From positions 576,001-640,000 of the forward strand of contig CBDCWG010000012.1 of assembly GCA_965223345.1 (NCBI GenBank): a DNA stretch of 64,000 nt, given 5' to 3'. Shown here piece after piece: positions 29,218 to 40,254 of this stretch. This stretch comes from Nitrospinales bacterium (GTDB taxonomy: Bacteria > Nitrospinota > Nitrospinia > Nitrospinales > VA-1). The notes beneath the pieces are model-generated. The model had not been told where the DNA came from. It ran no database searches and saw nothing but the letters and a program-made list of their open reading frames with translations. A program made the position numbers and the translations under genes. Position 1 is the first letter of the stretch; each line of letters begins with the position of its first letter.

Positions 29218-30452
29218 AAATTTTGTTGTCTGCTTACGCTTGCGAACCAAATAAAGGGTCCGAACCTGCTGTAGGTTGGCAATGGGCAATTGAAACATCA
29301 CGCCTTGGCCATAACGTCTGGGTACTTACACGCGAAAATAACAGGGCTAACATCGAAGAAGAAATAAAAAAGCTTCCGCTTATCAAAAAGCTTAATTTCA
29401 TTTACTATGATTTGCCACGATGGGCACAAAAGTGGAAGAAAGGCAAATGCGGAATTTATTTCTACTATTTAATTTGGCAATTGAAAGCTTATCTCCTTGC
29501 TAAAAAGGTTCATGAGACTGAGAAATTTGATCGTGTTCATCATGTCACATTTGCCAATGTTCGCCAACCCAGCTTCATGGGTAACTTGGGAATCCCATTT
29601 GATTTCGGACCTGTGGGAGGTGGAGAGCGAGCTCCTTGGCGACTACGTCTAGGATACGGATTGCGGGGTTTTTTTACAGACGCTTTACGCGATCTCGCGA
29701 ATTATTTGATTAGAATTGACCCTATTCTTCGCCAGACTTTAAAAAAAGCAGAACGAATCTATACAACTTCGGAGCAAACTCTCTCCCTTTTGCCGATTAA
29801 ATATCAAAAAAAGGCTGTTGTGAAACTTGCAATTGGCTTTAATCCAAATGAAACTTCAAGTTTTCTTCAGCAACATTGTGAATATCAAGTAGGCATGAAC
29901 CGATTTAGAATTCTTTATGTTGGTCGCTTACTTTACTGGAAAGGAATGCATCTTGGAATTCCTGCGTTTGCTCGCCTTTTAGAAAACTTTCCTTATGCAC
30001 AGATGACAATTGTTGGTAATGGGCCCGATGAGATTCGATGTCGAACAATTGCAAAAAAATTGGGGGTCTTCGATCAAATAAACTGGGTGCCATGGCTCAA
30101 TCAAAAAAAATTGTCCCTCCTTTATGCAAATCATGATGCTTTCCTATTTCCCAGCCTACACGACTCGGGAGGCATGGTTTTGTTGGAGGCCATGGCTAGT
30201 GGGCTCCCAATTATCTGCCTAGATTTAGGAGGACCCGGTGTTGTTGTCGACAATACTTTTGGTCGTGTGATATCGACTGCAAGAAAATCAGAATCGCAAG
30301 TATTGTCAGATCTAGGGTCAGCCATGTTCCAATTCGCCCAAAATCCACACCTCCGACGTGAGCTTGGGCTAAAGGCGAAACAAAAAGTAAAAGAATATAG
30401 TTGGGCAAAGTCTGTTGCTCAAGTTTATGCGGAATGCAATAGCTCAGTTTAA
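29214..30452 (+). CDS. GT4 family glycosyltransferase
   Basis: SAYACEPNKGSEP.VGW, GRLLYWKG and DSGGMVLLEAMASGLP. Confidence 0.92.
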   Translation: MKILLSAYACEPNKGSEPAVGWQWAIETSRLGHNVWVLTRENNRANIEEEIKKLPLIKKLNFIYYDLPRWAQKWKKGKCGIYFYYLIWQLKAYLLAKKVHETEKFDRVHHVTFANVRQPSFMGNLGIPFDFGPVGGGERAPWRLRLGYGLRGFFTDALRDLANYLIRIDPILRQTLKKAERIYTTSEQTLSLLPIKYQKKAVVKLAIGFNPNETSSFLQQHCEYQVGMNRFRILYVGRLLYWKGMHLGIPAFARLLENFPYAQMTIVGNGPDEIRCRTIAKKLGVFDQINWVPWLNQKKLSLLYANHDAFLFPSLHDSGGMVLLEAMASGLPIICLDLGGPGVVVDNTFGRVISTARKSESQVLSDLGSAMFQFAQNPHLRRELGLKAKQKVKEYSWAKSVAQVYAECNSSV

Positions 30453-30492
30453 TTTATATAATTTAACATAAGATCAGTTTTGTAATAAATAT

Positions 30493-31797
30493 ATGAAATG
30501 GAGCCTTCGCCACACCATAACTATGCTTGTGATTGGGGCTTATTTGATTTTCTCCTACGGTTTTATGCTTATTCGCATCCCCCCTGTCGCAGGAGGTGGA
30601 ATACCGATAGGAGAAATATTATTATTATTTTCTCTTAGCTTTTTGATTAAAGACTTAAAGTGGGTCCCCCTTTTTACTAACAACATTATTTTTATTGCCT
30701 TTTTAATGTGGTGGACCCTTGGAATCTCAAGAGTATTGTTGGCATTACCGGAATACGGTATGTGGGCATTTCGTGATGCCACTCACGTAATTGAATCTCT
30801 TTTCCTGTGGGTAGGTTTTGTTTTTGCATCATCGCCAAGCGCAATTGACCGGCTTTTTTTATGGTTGAAAAGAATTCTTACTTTGGGTTGTCTTAATGCC
30901 TTAACCTTTCCATTTCGTGAGATCATACAAGTAATCTCCCCCACTATCACTGCAGCTTCAGGATACACAGCATTTCTTTTCCCTCATTATACTTTATCTG
31001 GAGTAATACTTCTCTGGGAAGCTATACGCCGATTAATAGACCAGACAAGAGTTAACTTATTAATTTCAGGTTTACTTCTCGCATATGCTGTAGCGATTTT
31101 TCAAGCTAGAACAATTTATATTCAAGTATTAGCTATTTTATTATTGATGCTATGGTATCGACCAAAGATTTTTGGAAAAATGAGCTTGGCAATAGGGGCT
31201 GGCCTGTTTGCTTTAATATTAGTTATTGTGTCTGGGGTAGAAATCAAGGGCCGAATTGGACAAAATATTTCTTTTGAATTCATAGGCAATCACTTTACTG
31301 CCATAGCTGGAATTGAGAATACTGGTGTAGAAGGTGCAGCAAAGGGAGTTGATCTACGTCTGAATTGGTGGAAAGATATTCTCAATAAATTGATTGAAAG
31401 TCCGGAAAAACTGTTATTGGGTTTGGGTTATGGTTTCCCACTGATGGATTTCCACGGAATAATGGGGAATGCTGCTCGCGAGCCCCATAACTCATTCATA
31501 TCGATTCTAGGGCGAATTGGTATTCTAGGAGCTATATTTTTTACTTGGATGCATATACATTTAATGCGTGCGTGGTTAAAAGCATATTACCTTTGTCGAA
31601 AAAAACGTTATTTCCTTGGCCAGGATCGACTTTTTATGTTCTTGGCGTATTTTGTTTTAGTTTGGGTTTATTCTTTGGGTGAAGATGCTTTTGAAAAACC
31701 CTTTATAACCATACCATATTATTTTTTTTGGGGTGTTTTTCTCCACTACCGGCTCCACTTAAAGAATTCATTGCTTACAAATATTAAGGAAAACTAA
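30493..31797 (+). CDS. Wzy polymerase / O-antigen-ligase-family membrane protein
   Basis: Multi-TM protein with R..WW...LLGLGYG and PHNSFISILGRIGILG. Confidence 0.82.
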   Translation: MKWSLRHTITMLVIGAYLIFSYGFMLIRIPPVAGGGIPIGEILLLFSLSFLIKDLKWVPLFTNNIIFIAFLMWWTLGISRVLLALPEYGMWAFRDATHVIESLFLWVGFVFASSPSAIDRLFLWLKRILTLGCLNALTFPFREIIQVISPTITAASGYTAFLFPHYTLSGVILLWEAIRRLIDQTRVNLLISGLLLAYAVAIFQARTIYIQVLAILLLMLWYRPKIFGKMSLAIGAGLFALILVIVSGVEIKGRIGQNISFEFIGNHFTAIAGIENTGVEGAAKGVDLRLNWWKDILNKLIESPEKLLLGLGYGFPLMDFHGIMGNAAREPHNSFISILGRIGILGAIFFTWMHIHLMRAWLKAYYLCRKKRYFLGQDRLFMFLAYFVLVWVYSLGEDAFEKPFITIPYYFFWGVFLHYRLHLKNSLLTNIKEN

Positions 31798-31816
31798 TTT
31801 ATGGAAATTGCTTAAT

Positions 31817-33028
31817 ATGCACATACAAATTTTTCATAATACTTATCAGCAAAAAGGAGGAGAGGATGCTGTTGTCGCCAGCGAACTCAATTTGCTTCAA
31901 GAACGCGGTCATAAAGTCAATTTACACACGATTTCTAACAACTCAATTCAGGGATTATGGAGCAAGGTAAATGCTGCTTGGAAGACATCTTACTCAAAAT
32001 GGGGAAAAAAAAAGACAAAGAAAATCATCAATGAAAACACACCTGAAATCGTTCACATCCACAATTTTTTCCCCCTGCTTTCCCCAGCTGTATACGATGC
32101 CTGTCGAGATGCAAGGATCCCGGTGATTCAGACTCTTCATAACTATCGCACCATCTGCGCAGGGGCTCTTCTTATGCGAGATGGATCGCCATGTGATAAC
32201 TGCATTCAGGGGACACCATATCAGGCCGTATTGCATGGTTGCTACCGCAATTCAAGGTTAGGCTCTCTGATTGTTGCCCGGATGATCGACTATCACCGAC
32301 GTCAAAATACGTGGAAAACAAAGGTTGATCGATTCATTGCATTGACTAATTTTTCCAAAGGAAAGTTTGTCGAAGCAGGTTTTCCTTCTGAAAAGATTGT
32401 GGTCAAACCCAACTTTATAAATGTGATAGATTCTCAAATAAATTCGAAAATCAATCGAAATGGCGCCCTATTCGTTGGACGACTTAGTCAAGAAAAAGGT
32501 ATAAGAACACTCCTTAAAGCTTGGAAGACCTTGGATATTTCCTTAAAAATTGCCGGAGATGGACCATTAATGAATCTAGTGAATGAAGAAGCGCAAATAA
32601 AAGTAACTGCTATTGGAAGAAAAGAGCCGATACAAGTAGCGGAGGAAATGACTCGTGCAGCGTTCCTTGTAATGCCATCTGAATGGTATGAGGGTTTTCC
32701 TATGACAATGGCAGAGGCCTTTGAAAGAGGTCTGCCTGTAATTGCTTCTCGCATAGGCTCTTTGAGTGAGATTATTGAGGACGGAGTAAATGGCCTGCTT
32801 TTCAATCCTGGCGATGCCGAAGATCTTGCCAAAAAAGTACGTTGGGCAAGTACACATAAAGAAGAAATGCGTCGAATGGGGCTAAACGCAAGGCAAATTT
32901 ACGAAGAAAAATATTCCCCAGATATCAACTACCGCCAGCTTTTAAAAATATATAAAGAAGCTATTGATGAAAATCAATGCAGAAATGCTAGGCTTAGGGC
33001 GGGACAAACTATTACGCACTCCCCTTAG
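31817..33028 (+). CDS. GT4 family glycosyltransferase
   Basis: GGEDAVV, TLHNYR, GRLSQEKG and WYEGFPMTMAEAF. Confidence 0.92.
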   Translation: MHIQIFHNTYQQKGGEDAVVASELNLLQERGHKVNLHTISNNSIQGLWSKVNAAWKTSYSKWGKKKTKKIINENTPEIVHIHNFFPLLSPAVYDACRDARIPVIQTLHNYRTICAGALLMRDGSPCDNCIQGTPYQAVLHGCYRNSRLGSLIVARMIDYHRRQNTWKTKVDRFIALTNFSKGKFVEAGFPSEKIVVKPNFINVIDSQINSKINRNGALFVGRLSQEKGIRTLLKAWKTLDISLKIAGDGPLMNLVNEEAQIKVTAIGRKEPIQVAEEMTRAAFLVMPSEWYEGFPMTMAEAFERGLPVIASRIGSLSEIIEDGVNGLLFNPGDAEDLAKKVRWASTHKEEMRRMGLNARQIYEEKYSPDINYRQLLKIYKEAIDENQCRNARLRAGQTITHSP

Positions 33029-33062
33029 AGCAAAAACTAAAATCATTTAATTTATTTTACTG

Positions 33063-34112
33063 TTAGAGCTGGATACTTCTTTTTAATCTTGAACTAGGTT
33101 CGAACAAAAACCTAACATTAAAGAATTCAAAGAACAATAAAGCAAATATGGGAAAAGTAATACCGGCTAAAGTTCCTAAGATCAAGTGTGTGGATATATC
33201 GTCGATTCCAAAATATTTATGCAAGATAATGCGGATACCACTTCCGGCTATGACATGCATCAAGTAAATTCCCAGCGAGGATCTGCCAATAGTCAATAGC
33301 ACTCTCAACTGAATATGCTGCAGTAAAATACAAGTTGTAACAACAAAAGCAATAGAAACAAGAGCAAGTAGGAGCGTAAGCAACCCTGCATTGTTAATAA
33401 TTAACAGCTCTAATTTAAAATGAAAATACCACTGACAAAGCAAAAATGTTAATAATGAGAGAGGGAATAATATATGGATATATTTTGAAAACAAATCTTT
33501 AATATGAAAAAAATTAATTCCGAAAACAAAGAACACTAAGTAATTTGATATTAAATTTAATGGAACAATCTGAGGAATATCTCTACCAAACAAATACAAA
33601 ATAATAGATACAATTAAAATTGATACGTAAAATTGTTTGGGCAAACGTGTGTACAAAAATATAGAAATAACGAAAATAAAGAACAATGCATACAAAAACC
33701 ATAAATGAGAATAGGGTACCCATAAGAAAGACAACAAATCTGAAACAGAGTTATTTCTATTCGTATAGCTGGACAGTGCAACACCGATTCCCCCATCGAC
33801 AACACACCAAATAATATATGGATAAAGAATAGTTTCTATTTTATTTTTAAATAGACCTCCCTCACCTCTTTTGTTTAGCGACGAGAAAAAGAATAATCCA
33901 GATAAAAAGAAAAAAAGAGGCATATGAAAGCTTCCAATAATACTTTGGAGAATGTAGTGTGTTTTTTGGTCATATTTAAATCCAGCACTAAAAATTCCCC
34001 CCTCCACATGACCAAAGACAACTAAAATAATGCCAATTCCTTTTGCATAATCAACCCAAATACTTCTATTCAGCAAAATAGTATTTTCTCTCTTCCCACA
34101 TGTCATACGCAA
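33063..34112 (-). CDS. Acyltransferase family 3 (membrane O-acyltransferase)
   Basis: WVDYAKGIGIILVVFGH, FHMPLFFFLSG and LWFLYALF. Confidence 0.92.
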   Translation of the reverse strand: MRMTCGKRENTILLNRSIWVDYAKGIGIILVVFGHVEGGIFSAGFKYDQKTHYILQSIIGSFHMPLFFFLSGLFFFSSLNKRGEGGLFKNKIETILYPYIIWCVVDGGIGVALSSYTNRNNSVSDLLSFLWVPYSHLWFLYALFFIFVISIFLYTRLPKQFYVSILIVSIILYLFGRDIPQIVPLNLISNYLVFFVFGINFFHIKDLFSKYIHILFPLSLLTFLLCQWYFHFKLELLIINNAGLLTLLLALVSIAFVVTTCILLQHIQLRVLLTIGRSSLGIYLMHVIAGSGIRIILHKYFGIDDISTHLILGTLAGITFPIFALLFFEFFNVRFLFEPSSRLKRSIQL

Positions 34113-34426
34113 CCTTCACAAAACTTAAAATTCACTTCTTATTTTTTGACTAATCATACAGTTGAAAGCCTTCTTTTTTAGCTATCCCCTTAGTGAATGT
34201 TGCTGTAGAAATTTCTAGACTCACACTTCAAGACCATCTATCCAATACTCAGACATAATTGACTTGTTTTTGTTTCTTTGAATTTCTAACGTAAAAAATA
34301 TTTAGCCATAGATACACATCAGCAAATTATTCACACAATGCAATTGAACAAGTATTTGCCAAAATACTCAATTTAAACTCATAGATAGAAAAGAAAAGCT
34401 ATACCGCACTTCCCCTCAAAAATAAG

Positions 34427-36655
34427 TTATGCAATTTCACAATAATCAGGATTATTGTATTGTTTTTCCCCATAAGGCGTTTCATCACATTCTTTTACTT
34501 TATTAAGCACAATTCTAAAATATTTTTCGTTGCCATCCCCCCCCCCTGGCAATATACCGTTTCTGTCTTCTTTTCTTCTATAATAATGTTTTCCTATTAT
34601 CTCATTAGGAATGGAATCCAATTGAGCAATCGCTTTTTGGATCAATTTTTTATTACTAACTCCAGAAGCAACTACAAATAAAATACCATCACAATATTTC
34701 TCAACGAGACTAGCTTGCGAGACAGTTAAAGTAGGAGCTGTTTTTATAAGTATCACATCAAAATTCTTCCTTAATCCAAACAGGAATGACTTAAGAACGG
34801 TCGAAAATAGTACATCTGGAGAATAAGAAAATTTCAGATTTTGTCTACCCGCAGGTATAACCCACAACCCTGGATACTTAGTTTTCACTATAGCCTTTCT
34901 CCAGACTTTGGGGGTAGACAGAATATTAATTAACCCCGGGAATTTTTGAATTTCAAATTTTTCATGAACCTTAGGGTTTTCTAAGTCAGCGTCTACGACG
35001 AGGACATTCTTACCCACGTGACTGAGAGAAACAGCAAGATTTGAGACAATAGTAGATTTACCCTGTCCAGGAGTTGCACTGGTTACCATAAAAATTTTAT
35101 TTGGTTTTTCCGAAATCATAGCTAAAAACCTGGAACGCAGATTACGAAAGTCTGCAGTACCAGTTGACTTACCTTTATCGCTGGAAGAAAAATATCCATC
35201 GTTCTTAAACCACCTAACCGAACCAAGAAGTGGAAATGGTAATTGGAGATCAACATCCTCTTCATTTTTTATAGTGTCATCAATTGATTCCATGAAAAAA
35301 ACTATGATCAGCCCACCAAATAAACCAAAAGTTAATGCCAGGATAATGCTAATACCTTTTCTAGGCTGAATTATTTTTGTTGGAACTTCCGCTGGATCCA
35401 CTAAACGGATAGGAGGAACATAATAACTTGAATAAACTTCGAGCTCCTTACCCCTTGTCATTAGTTGGTCTTGAAGTTTTTTACTTGACTCGGCATCTTG
35501 CTTTATTTGATTGAATTGAAAAATATTAACATCTAACTGCATAATCTCAGCTTTTTGCCTTTTTTGAAGTAACCGCAGTTCCTTTTCTTGCTCTTTTGTT
35601 GCCTTAAATTCAGAAATAAGTGATCTCAGCAAGCTATCAATCTCTAATGGAATTCTCGCCTCAATGGCTTTTAAATTCCGAAGTATATTTTTTAGGTCCG
35701 GATGAGATGGCTCCATAGTTTTTGAAAACTTATCAAATTTAATTTTTTCACTTATATAAGTTTTCCTTAATTGCCGAATTGCATCATCTTTAATGGATTC
35801 CGGAATAGAATAAAACATTTTTTCTGGTGATAGATTTACGTTCCTTAATTGCTGAATTAAAGATTTTAATTTAAATATTTTTGCTCTGACTGATGTAATT
35901 TTCGAAAGCGTCTCTCTATATTGTTGGTTAGCGAAATTTCTTTTGTTATCCAACTCAACCATGTCTTTATTTTTCACATAACTTTGCATCTCTAAATTTG
36001 ACTTGCTGACCCGTTTTGTCAACTCATCAACTTTTCGACTCAACCATCTGTGCGCATCTGCCTCAAGGACCTCTTGGTAAGCCATCTGCTCCCTAATAAA
36101 AATATCTACCAGTGTATTTGCTATTTTTGCGATCAAGGGAGGTGAAAACCCCTGGAAATGGATATTAGCAATTTTACTTTCTTTAACAGGAACAACCTTA
36201 AGTCTCTTCAAAATTTTGTTTACCAAAGGTGAATAAGGGTCTGCTTCAAAGTTCCCCAATTTACGTTTTTGAGAAATCCCCATATCTTCCAACCTAGAAG
36301 AGACCCAGTTTCGAAGAGGTTTTGTATTAATTAATGGGCTAGCATCTTCAAATTCTTTATTCTCTAGCAAATTTAGCTCAATTATTAATTTCTTTATCAA
36401 GGAACGGCTTTTGATTAGAGAATATTGAGTATTTAAATATTGGTCGTCTTTAGAATCTTGAACCCAAATATCTTGAGTAGAAAGCGGTTTTGGTGGCTTA
36501 GATTCTATTAATACTTTTGTTGTAGCTTGATATACAGGAGGCACTGTAAATAAATAAATCGCAGTTAAAATAACCGGAGCGAAAACGAATAGAATAAGTG
36601 TTTTTCTTCTTCTTTTTACAATTTTAATGACTTCTGCTATTTGGAGCTCTTCCAT
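34427..36655 (-). CDS. wzc: Wzc/GumC polysaccharide co-polymerase with a BY-kinase domain
   Basis: Two TMs flanking a coiled-coil. Walker A TSATPGQGKS and A' VDAD are present; Walker B is altered (ILIKTAP). Confidence 0.88.
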   Translation of the reverse strand: MEELQIAEVIKIVKRRRKTLILFVFAPVILTAIYLFTVPPVYQATTKVLIESKPPKPLSTQDIWVQDSKDDQYLNTQYSLIKSRSLIKKLIIELNLLENKEFEDASPLINTKPLRNWVSSRLEDMGISQKRKLGNFEADPYSPLVNKILKRLKVVPVKESKIANIHFQGFSPPLIAKIANTLVDIFIREQMAYQEVLEADAHRWLSRKVDELTKRVSKSNLEMQSYVKNKDMVELDNKRNFANQQYRETLSKITSVRAKIFKLKSLIQQLRNVNLSPEKMFYSIPESIKDDAIRQLRKTYISEKIKFDKFSKTMEPSHPDLKNILRNLKAIEARIPLEIDSLLRSLISEFKATKEQEKELRLLQKRQKAEIMQLDVNIFQFNQIKQDAESSKKLQDQLMTRGKELEVYSSYYVPPIRLVDPAEVPTKIIQPRKGISIILALTFGLFGGLIIVFFMESIDDTIKNEEDVDLQLPFPLLGSVRWFKNDGYFSSSDKGKSTGTADFRNLRSRFLAMISEKPNKIFMVTSATPGQGKSTIVSNLAVSLSHVGKNVLVVDADLENPKVHEKFEIQKFPGLINILSTPKVWRKAIVKTKYPGLWVIPAGRQNLKFSYSPDVLFSTVLKSFLFGLRKNFDVILIKTAPTLTVSQASLVEKYCDGILFVVASGVSNKKLIQKAIAQLDSIPNEIIGKHYYRRKEDRNGILPGGGDGNEKYFRIVLNKVKECDETPYGEKQYNNPDYCEIA

Positions 36656-36902
36656 AAAAATATTTTCCCGACAATTGCATATTTTTAAATTTTGGTTTGG
36701 GGCTCAGAACCAAATGTAAATACTAATGCTTCTCCAGATAAATTTACTAATGAGAAACTGCCACAATATTAAGAGGGCAACTACTGAAAACTATGGAGTA
36801 AAAAAAAAGCAAGTTACTTCACATATTATTCTAAGAATTGGCGAAGAAACTTAACCGTCAATTTTTCAAACTTTTGAAGACTAAAGACTTGATTGACAAA
36901 AT

Positions 36903-36918
36903 AGCAATTTTTATGCCA
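36903..36918 (-). promoter_or_regulatory. sigma54 promoter for wzc
   Basis: Minus strand TGGCATAAAAATTGCT, near consensus. Confidence 0.78.
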
Positions 36919-38242
36919 CTCCAATTATCAAAAATAATTTAATTCCCAACAAATGAGGCCATAATTTTCAACTTATATTATCCCCACAGAGGAGCAAATA
37001 AATTTTAGAATCAATACTATTTTTAGGCGTGGTCAGATCTGTAAATACTAGCGATTAAAAGATGGGAGGGGGAAGGCGAAGTTGATGGAGGAAAAGAGAT
37101 AGAAAGAAACCTTTTGATGCTTCACTTTAGGACGGGGACAGGAACTGAAACTAAATGCTGTATGATGTTATTCAACTTACCCAACAAGAAGGGGCTAAGT
37201 TTCCTCCTCAGTTTGATATACTGATTTATAAAATGTATACGGATTGAAACCTTGCCAACAAAATCGAAAACCGTCAATTTTCAGGACTGTGATGGAATTT
37301 TGACGCACATCCAAAGCGAAATAGTTATGAGAATTTAATTAAAACATCTTCTTACAATAATGCAATACCACATCCTTTATCATCCAGTATCTTTAGATGT
37401 AACTCCCCCCACCGTAAACTGGAGATAGGAACTTACTAACCTAAGTTTATCTATTCATATCTACACAAACTAAATCTAGCTTTCTCCTGGGAGCTCTACT
37501 AGGCCCCAAAATGGGCATATTTACGGAAAAAAATTTAAATCATCAAAACCCAAAATTCAAGTAACTTTGAGACCACCACATTCTTGAAATTAAAAGAATC
37601 TAACTATCTTTGCTCATTTCCCCCGAAACTTCCAATTGAATTCAAGAGCGATATTCTGAATCGCTCATTGCGGAATACGACTCAGGATCTAATGGATACA
37701 ATATTTTTTTCATTCTTAATGGCATAAGAAAATAAAGGTGTCGATAACTAGATTAAACCATTGCTAGGGCTACCCAAAGATTAGCATTGAAGGTAAAGAT
37801 AGAAAAATTTTCCGACCAGCCATCTAACCCGTGTATTTAAACTATAACAATTCTATACTTTAATATTTGCTTCATTAATATGCCTTATTAATCGCACAAA
37901 AACATTCTACTTCCTGTCAGAGCTAAAAACTTTTCACTTGATACAAACCCGTTAATATTAATGCCACTGAATGATTCCCCCCTAAAACTCCTTTAGTTCG
38001 CTGAGACATCCACCTCCCAAGTCATCCCCCTAGCTGAAAATCTATAGAAATCTAATCTAACTTAAATGGAAATCTAAAAATATAAGGATTATACCATTGA
38101 TTTTTATATGTATTTTTCCGATATAGGTAATGGTTATTTTTTTTATTCTTTTTGCTTTCTTTCACGCACCCAAAGATGCCTAACAGGTTTTAGAAGGTAT
38201 TATTTTATTAATAAACTTTTTTTATGAAGAAAGGAAATAGAA

Positions 38243-39817
38243 ATGGGAAAGATATTTAACAGTGCAACTTCTCGACTTTTTTATTTTCTAGTTTTGATTG
38301 GATTCTTGTCTCTAGATCTTTCATCACCGGTTTGGGCAGATACAATCAATGTGCCAGGTGACAAACCGACAATTCAGGAAGCTATTGATGCTGCAGTGGA
38401 TGGTGATGTGATCACAGTTGATGCCGGCACTTACACCGAGAACATCACACTAGGAAAACGCCTTAAATTACAAGGGGCTAGAGCCAATGAAGATGCTTGT
38501 GAGGCCAGGTCAAGTATGGAGTCTATTATCGACAGTACAGGGGTTCAACTCAACTTTATATCTGGTTCGGCAGGATCTATCATCGATGGGTTTACCTTTT
38601 CAGGATCAACTGGTCTAAGTGCGCTAATATCAAGTTCAGGGCCAACTAATAATCTACAAATTGTGAATAATATCATTGAAAAATTTTCGCAACGAGGTAT
38701 ATCACTTAACTCTCCAGGAACCGACATCACATTGAGTCAAAATAGAGTCGATGGAACAGAAGTAACAGGAACGTCACCATCGGTTTTTTTAAATGAGTCT
38801 CAATTTAACGGCTTCCACTTCACAAACAATTGTCTCCTCAACAATCCTGGTGGACATGCGATTTTATTTTGGGGCAATCGAAACGTTGCCCCAAGTTTGG
38901 TACGCAATCCATTATTTCATGGAAACCTTATAGACAACAACACGGGCGGAAGTGGCGTAAATTTAGGCTCTAGCTCGATTGATAATGCAGAGATTAGTGG
39001 CAATATTATTAGCAATAACACTAACAACGGCATTATTGGCGGCCCTAAAAATTCGCAGATAACAGGTAACACTTTTGACTCAAATGGAATTCGAGGTTTG
39101 CAATTATTGGCATTTGGAAATGGCACAGATCCATTGAAGGGTGCTCAAAATAATATAATCTCAGCAAACTGTTTTCTGAACAATGGTAGTGCAGCGATTG
39201 AATTCAGTAGTTCACAGTTTCCAGGTACAATCTCTACAAACACTTTCACTGGTAATAATATTATCGGAAACTCCAGTGGAGCTGTCTATACTGGGCCAGA
39301 GACAATTGATGCAACTGGAAACTTTTGGGGCGATATTAGTGGGCCAAGCATAGACGGCCCTGGAATAGGTGACTCTGTTGATGGAACCAGTGGTGGAGGA
39401 TCAATCGATTTTAGCAGTTTTTTATCAGTCCTTGCTTCAGGCACGCCCTGCTCGTTAAACGCGGGTAGCACTGAGGATCATTTTCAATGCTATGATCTTA
39501 AAAGAAGATCGAGACTTCATCCTAGACCTCGAGTCAGCCTAAACGATCAATTTGGCTTCAGAGATGACATCCGGGTAGGTAAGTGGGCTGAATTTTATTG
39601 TACTCCTGTTGATAAGAATGGTGAAGGAATCAACAACCTGGATAACACCATGGCCTGTTATGAGATCGAAGAGACAAAACGAGGAACAGAGCGAAGAAAA
39701 AACCAGGAAATATTAATAGAAAATCAGTTTGGTAAACAAAGCTTTGAATTAGAAGATCCGGAAATACTTTGTGTCCCATCAACGCAATTAAGCGTATCTG
39801 AAACAGATCGCGATTAG
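38243..39817 (+). CDS. Secreted right-handed beta-helix protein with a Cys-containing C-terminal domain
   Basis: Signal peptide, TIQEAIDAA..GD.I.V.AGTYTE, Asn/Gly-rich coils, DATGNFWG, and a C-terminal DHFQCY...DQFG...CTPVDK...CY...NQFG...LCVPS domain. Confidence 0.82.
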   Translation: MGKIFNSATSRLFYFLVLIGFLSLDLSSPVWADTINVPGDKPTIQEAIDAAVDGDVITVDAGTYTENITLGKRLKLQGARANEDACEARSSMESIIDSTGVQLNFISGSAGSIIDGFTFSGSTGLSALISSSGPTNNLQIVNNIIEKFSQRGISLNSPGTDITLSQNRVDGTEVTGTSPSVFLNESQFNGFHFTNNCLLNNPGGHAILFWGNRNVAPSLVRNPLFHGNLIDNNTGGSGVNLGSSSIDNAEISGNIISNNTNNGIIGGPKNSQITGNTFDSNGIRGLQLLAFGNGTDPLKGAQNNIISANCFLNNGSAAIEFSSSQFPGTISTNTFTGNNIIGNSSGAVYTGPETIDATGNFWGDISGPSIDGPGIGDSVDGTSGGGSIDFSSFLSVLASGTPCSLNAGSTEDHFQCYDLKRRSRLHPRPRVSLNDQFGFRDDIRVGKWAEFYCTPVDKNGEGINNLDNTMACYEIEETKRGTERRKNQEILIENQFGKQSFELEDPEILCVPSTQLSVSETDRD

Positions 39818-40254
39818 TAAAATTTCGGAATCATAAATTAACCAAATAGCCAAATTAAAAGCTGAAGTCCCATATATTATGGTCAGTTTAATGTTCAATA
39901 GTGAATATATATTACCTACAGTTTAATAGACCACGAATCCAATCTTATTTTATTCATTATTCATACGGATATTAAGTTGTTAAGCTTTTCCTACGATTCA
40001 GTTCACTCTTGTGAGCAAATAAAGAATTACTATATGGAAACCTGCATAAAAAAATACTTCTGTAGACTCAAAATAGTTTGCTCACATTCATCAATTGAAG
40101 ACAATTAAAAAAAATCTAAAAATTAATCCCAAAATGCTTAATACTAATTTATCAATAAATCATAAACACAATTCACAATAGGTCTTTCTCCATATTGTGA
40201 GAGACTATCAATCTAAAATAGTGATCAAGTTATTTAAAAAGGAAATTGATTCAA

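Noticed and set aside
39700..39817. PEP-CTERM sorting signal
   Set aside because: VPS is not followed by a TM segment and basic tail, and no exosortase is seen.
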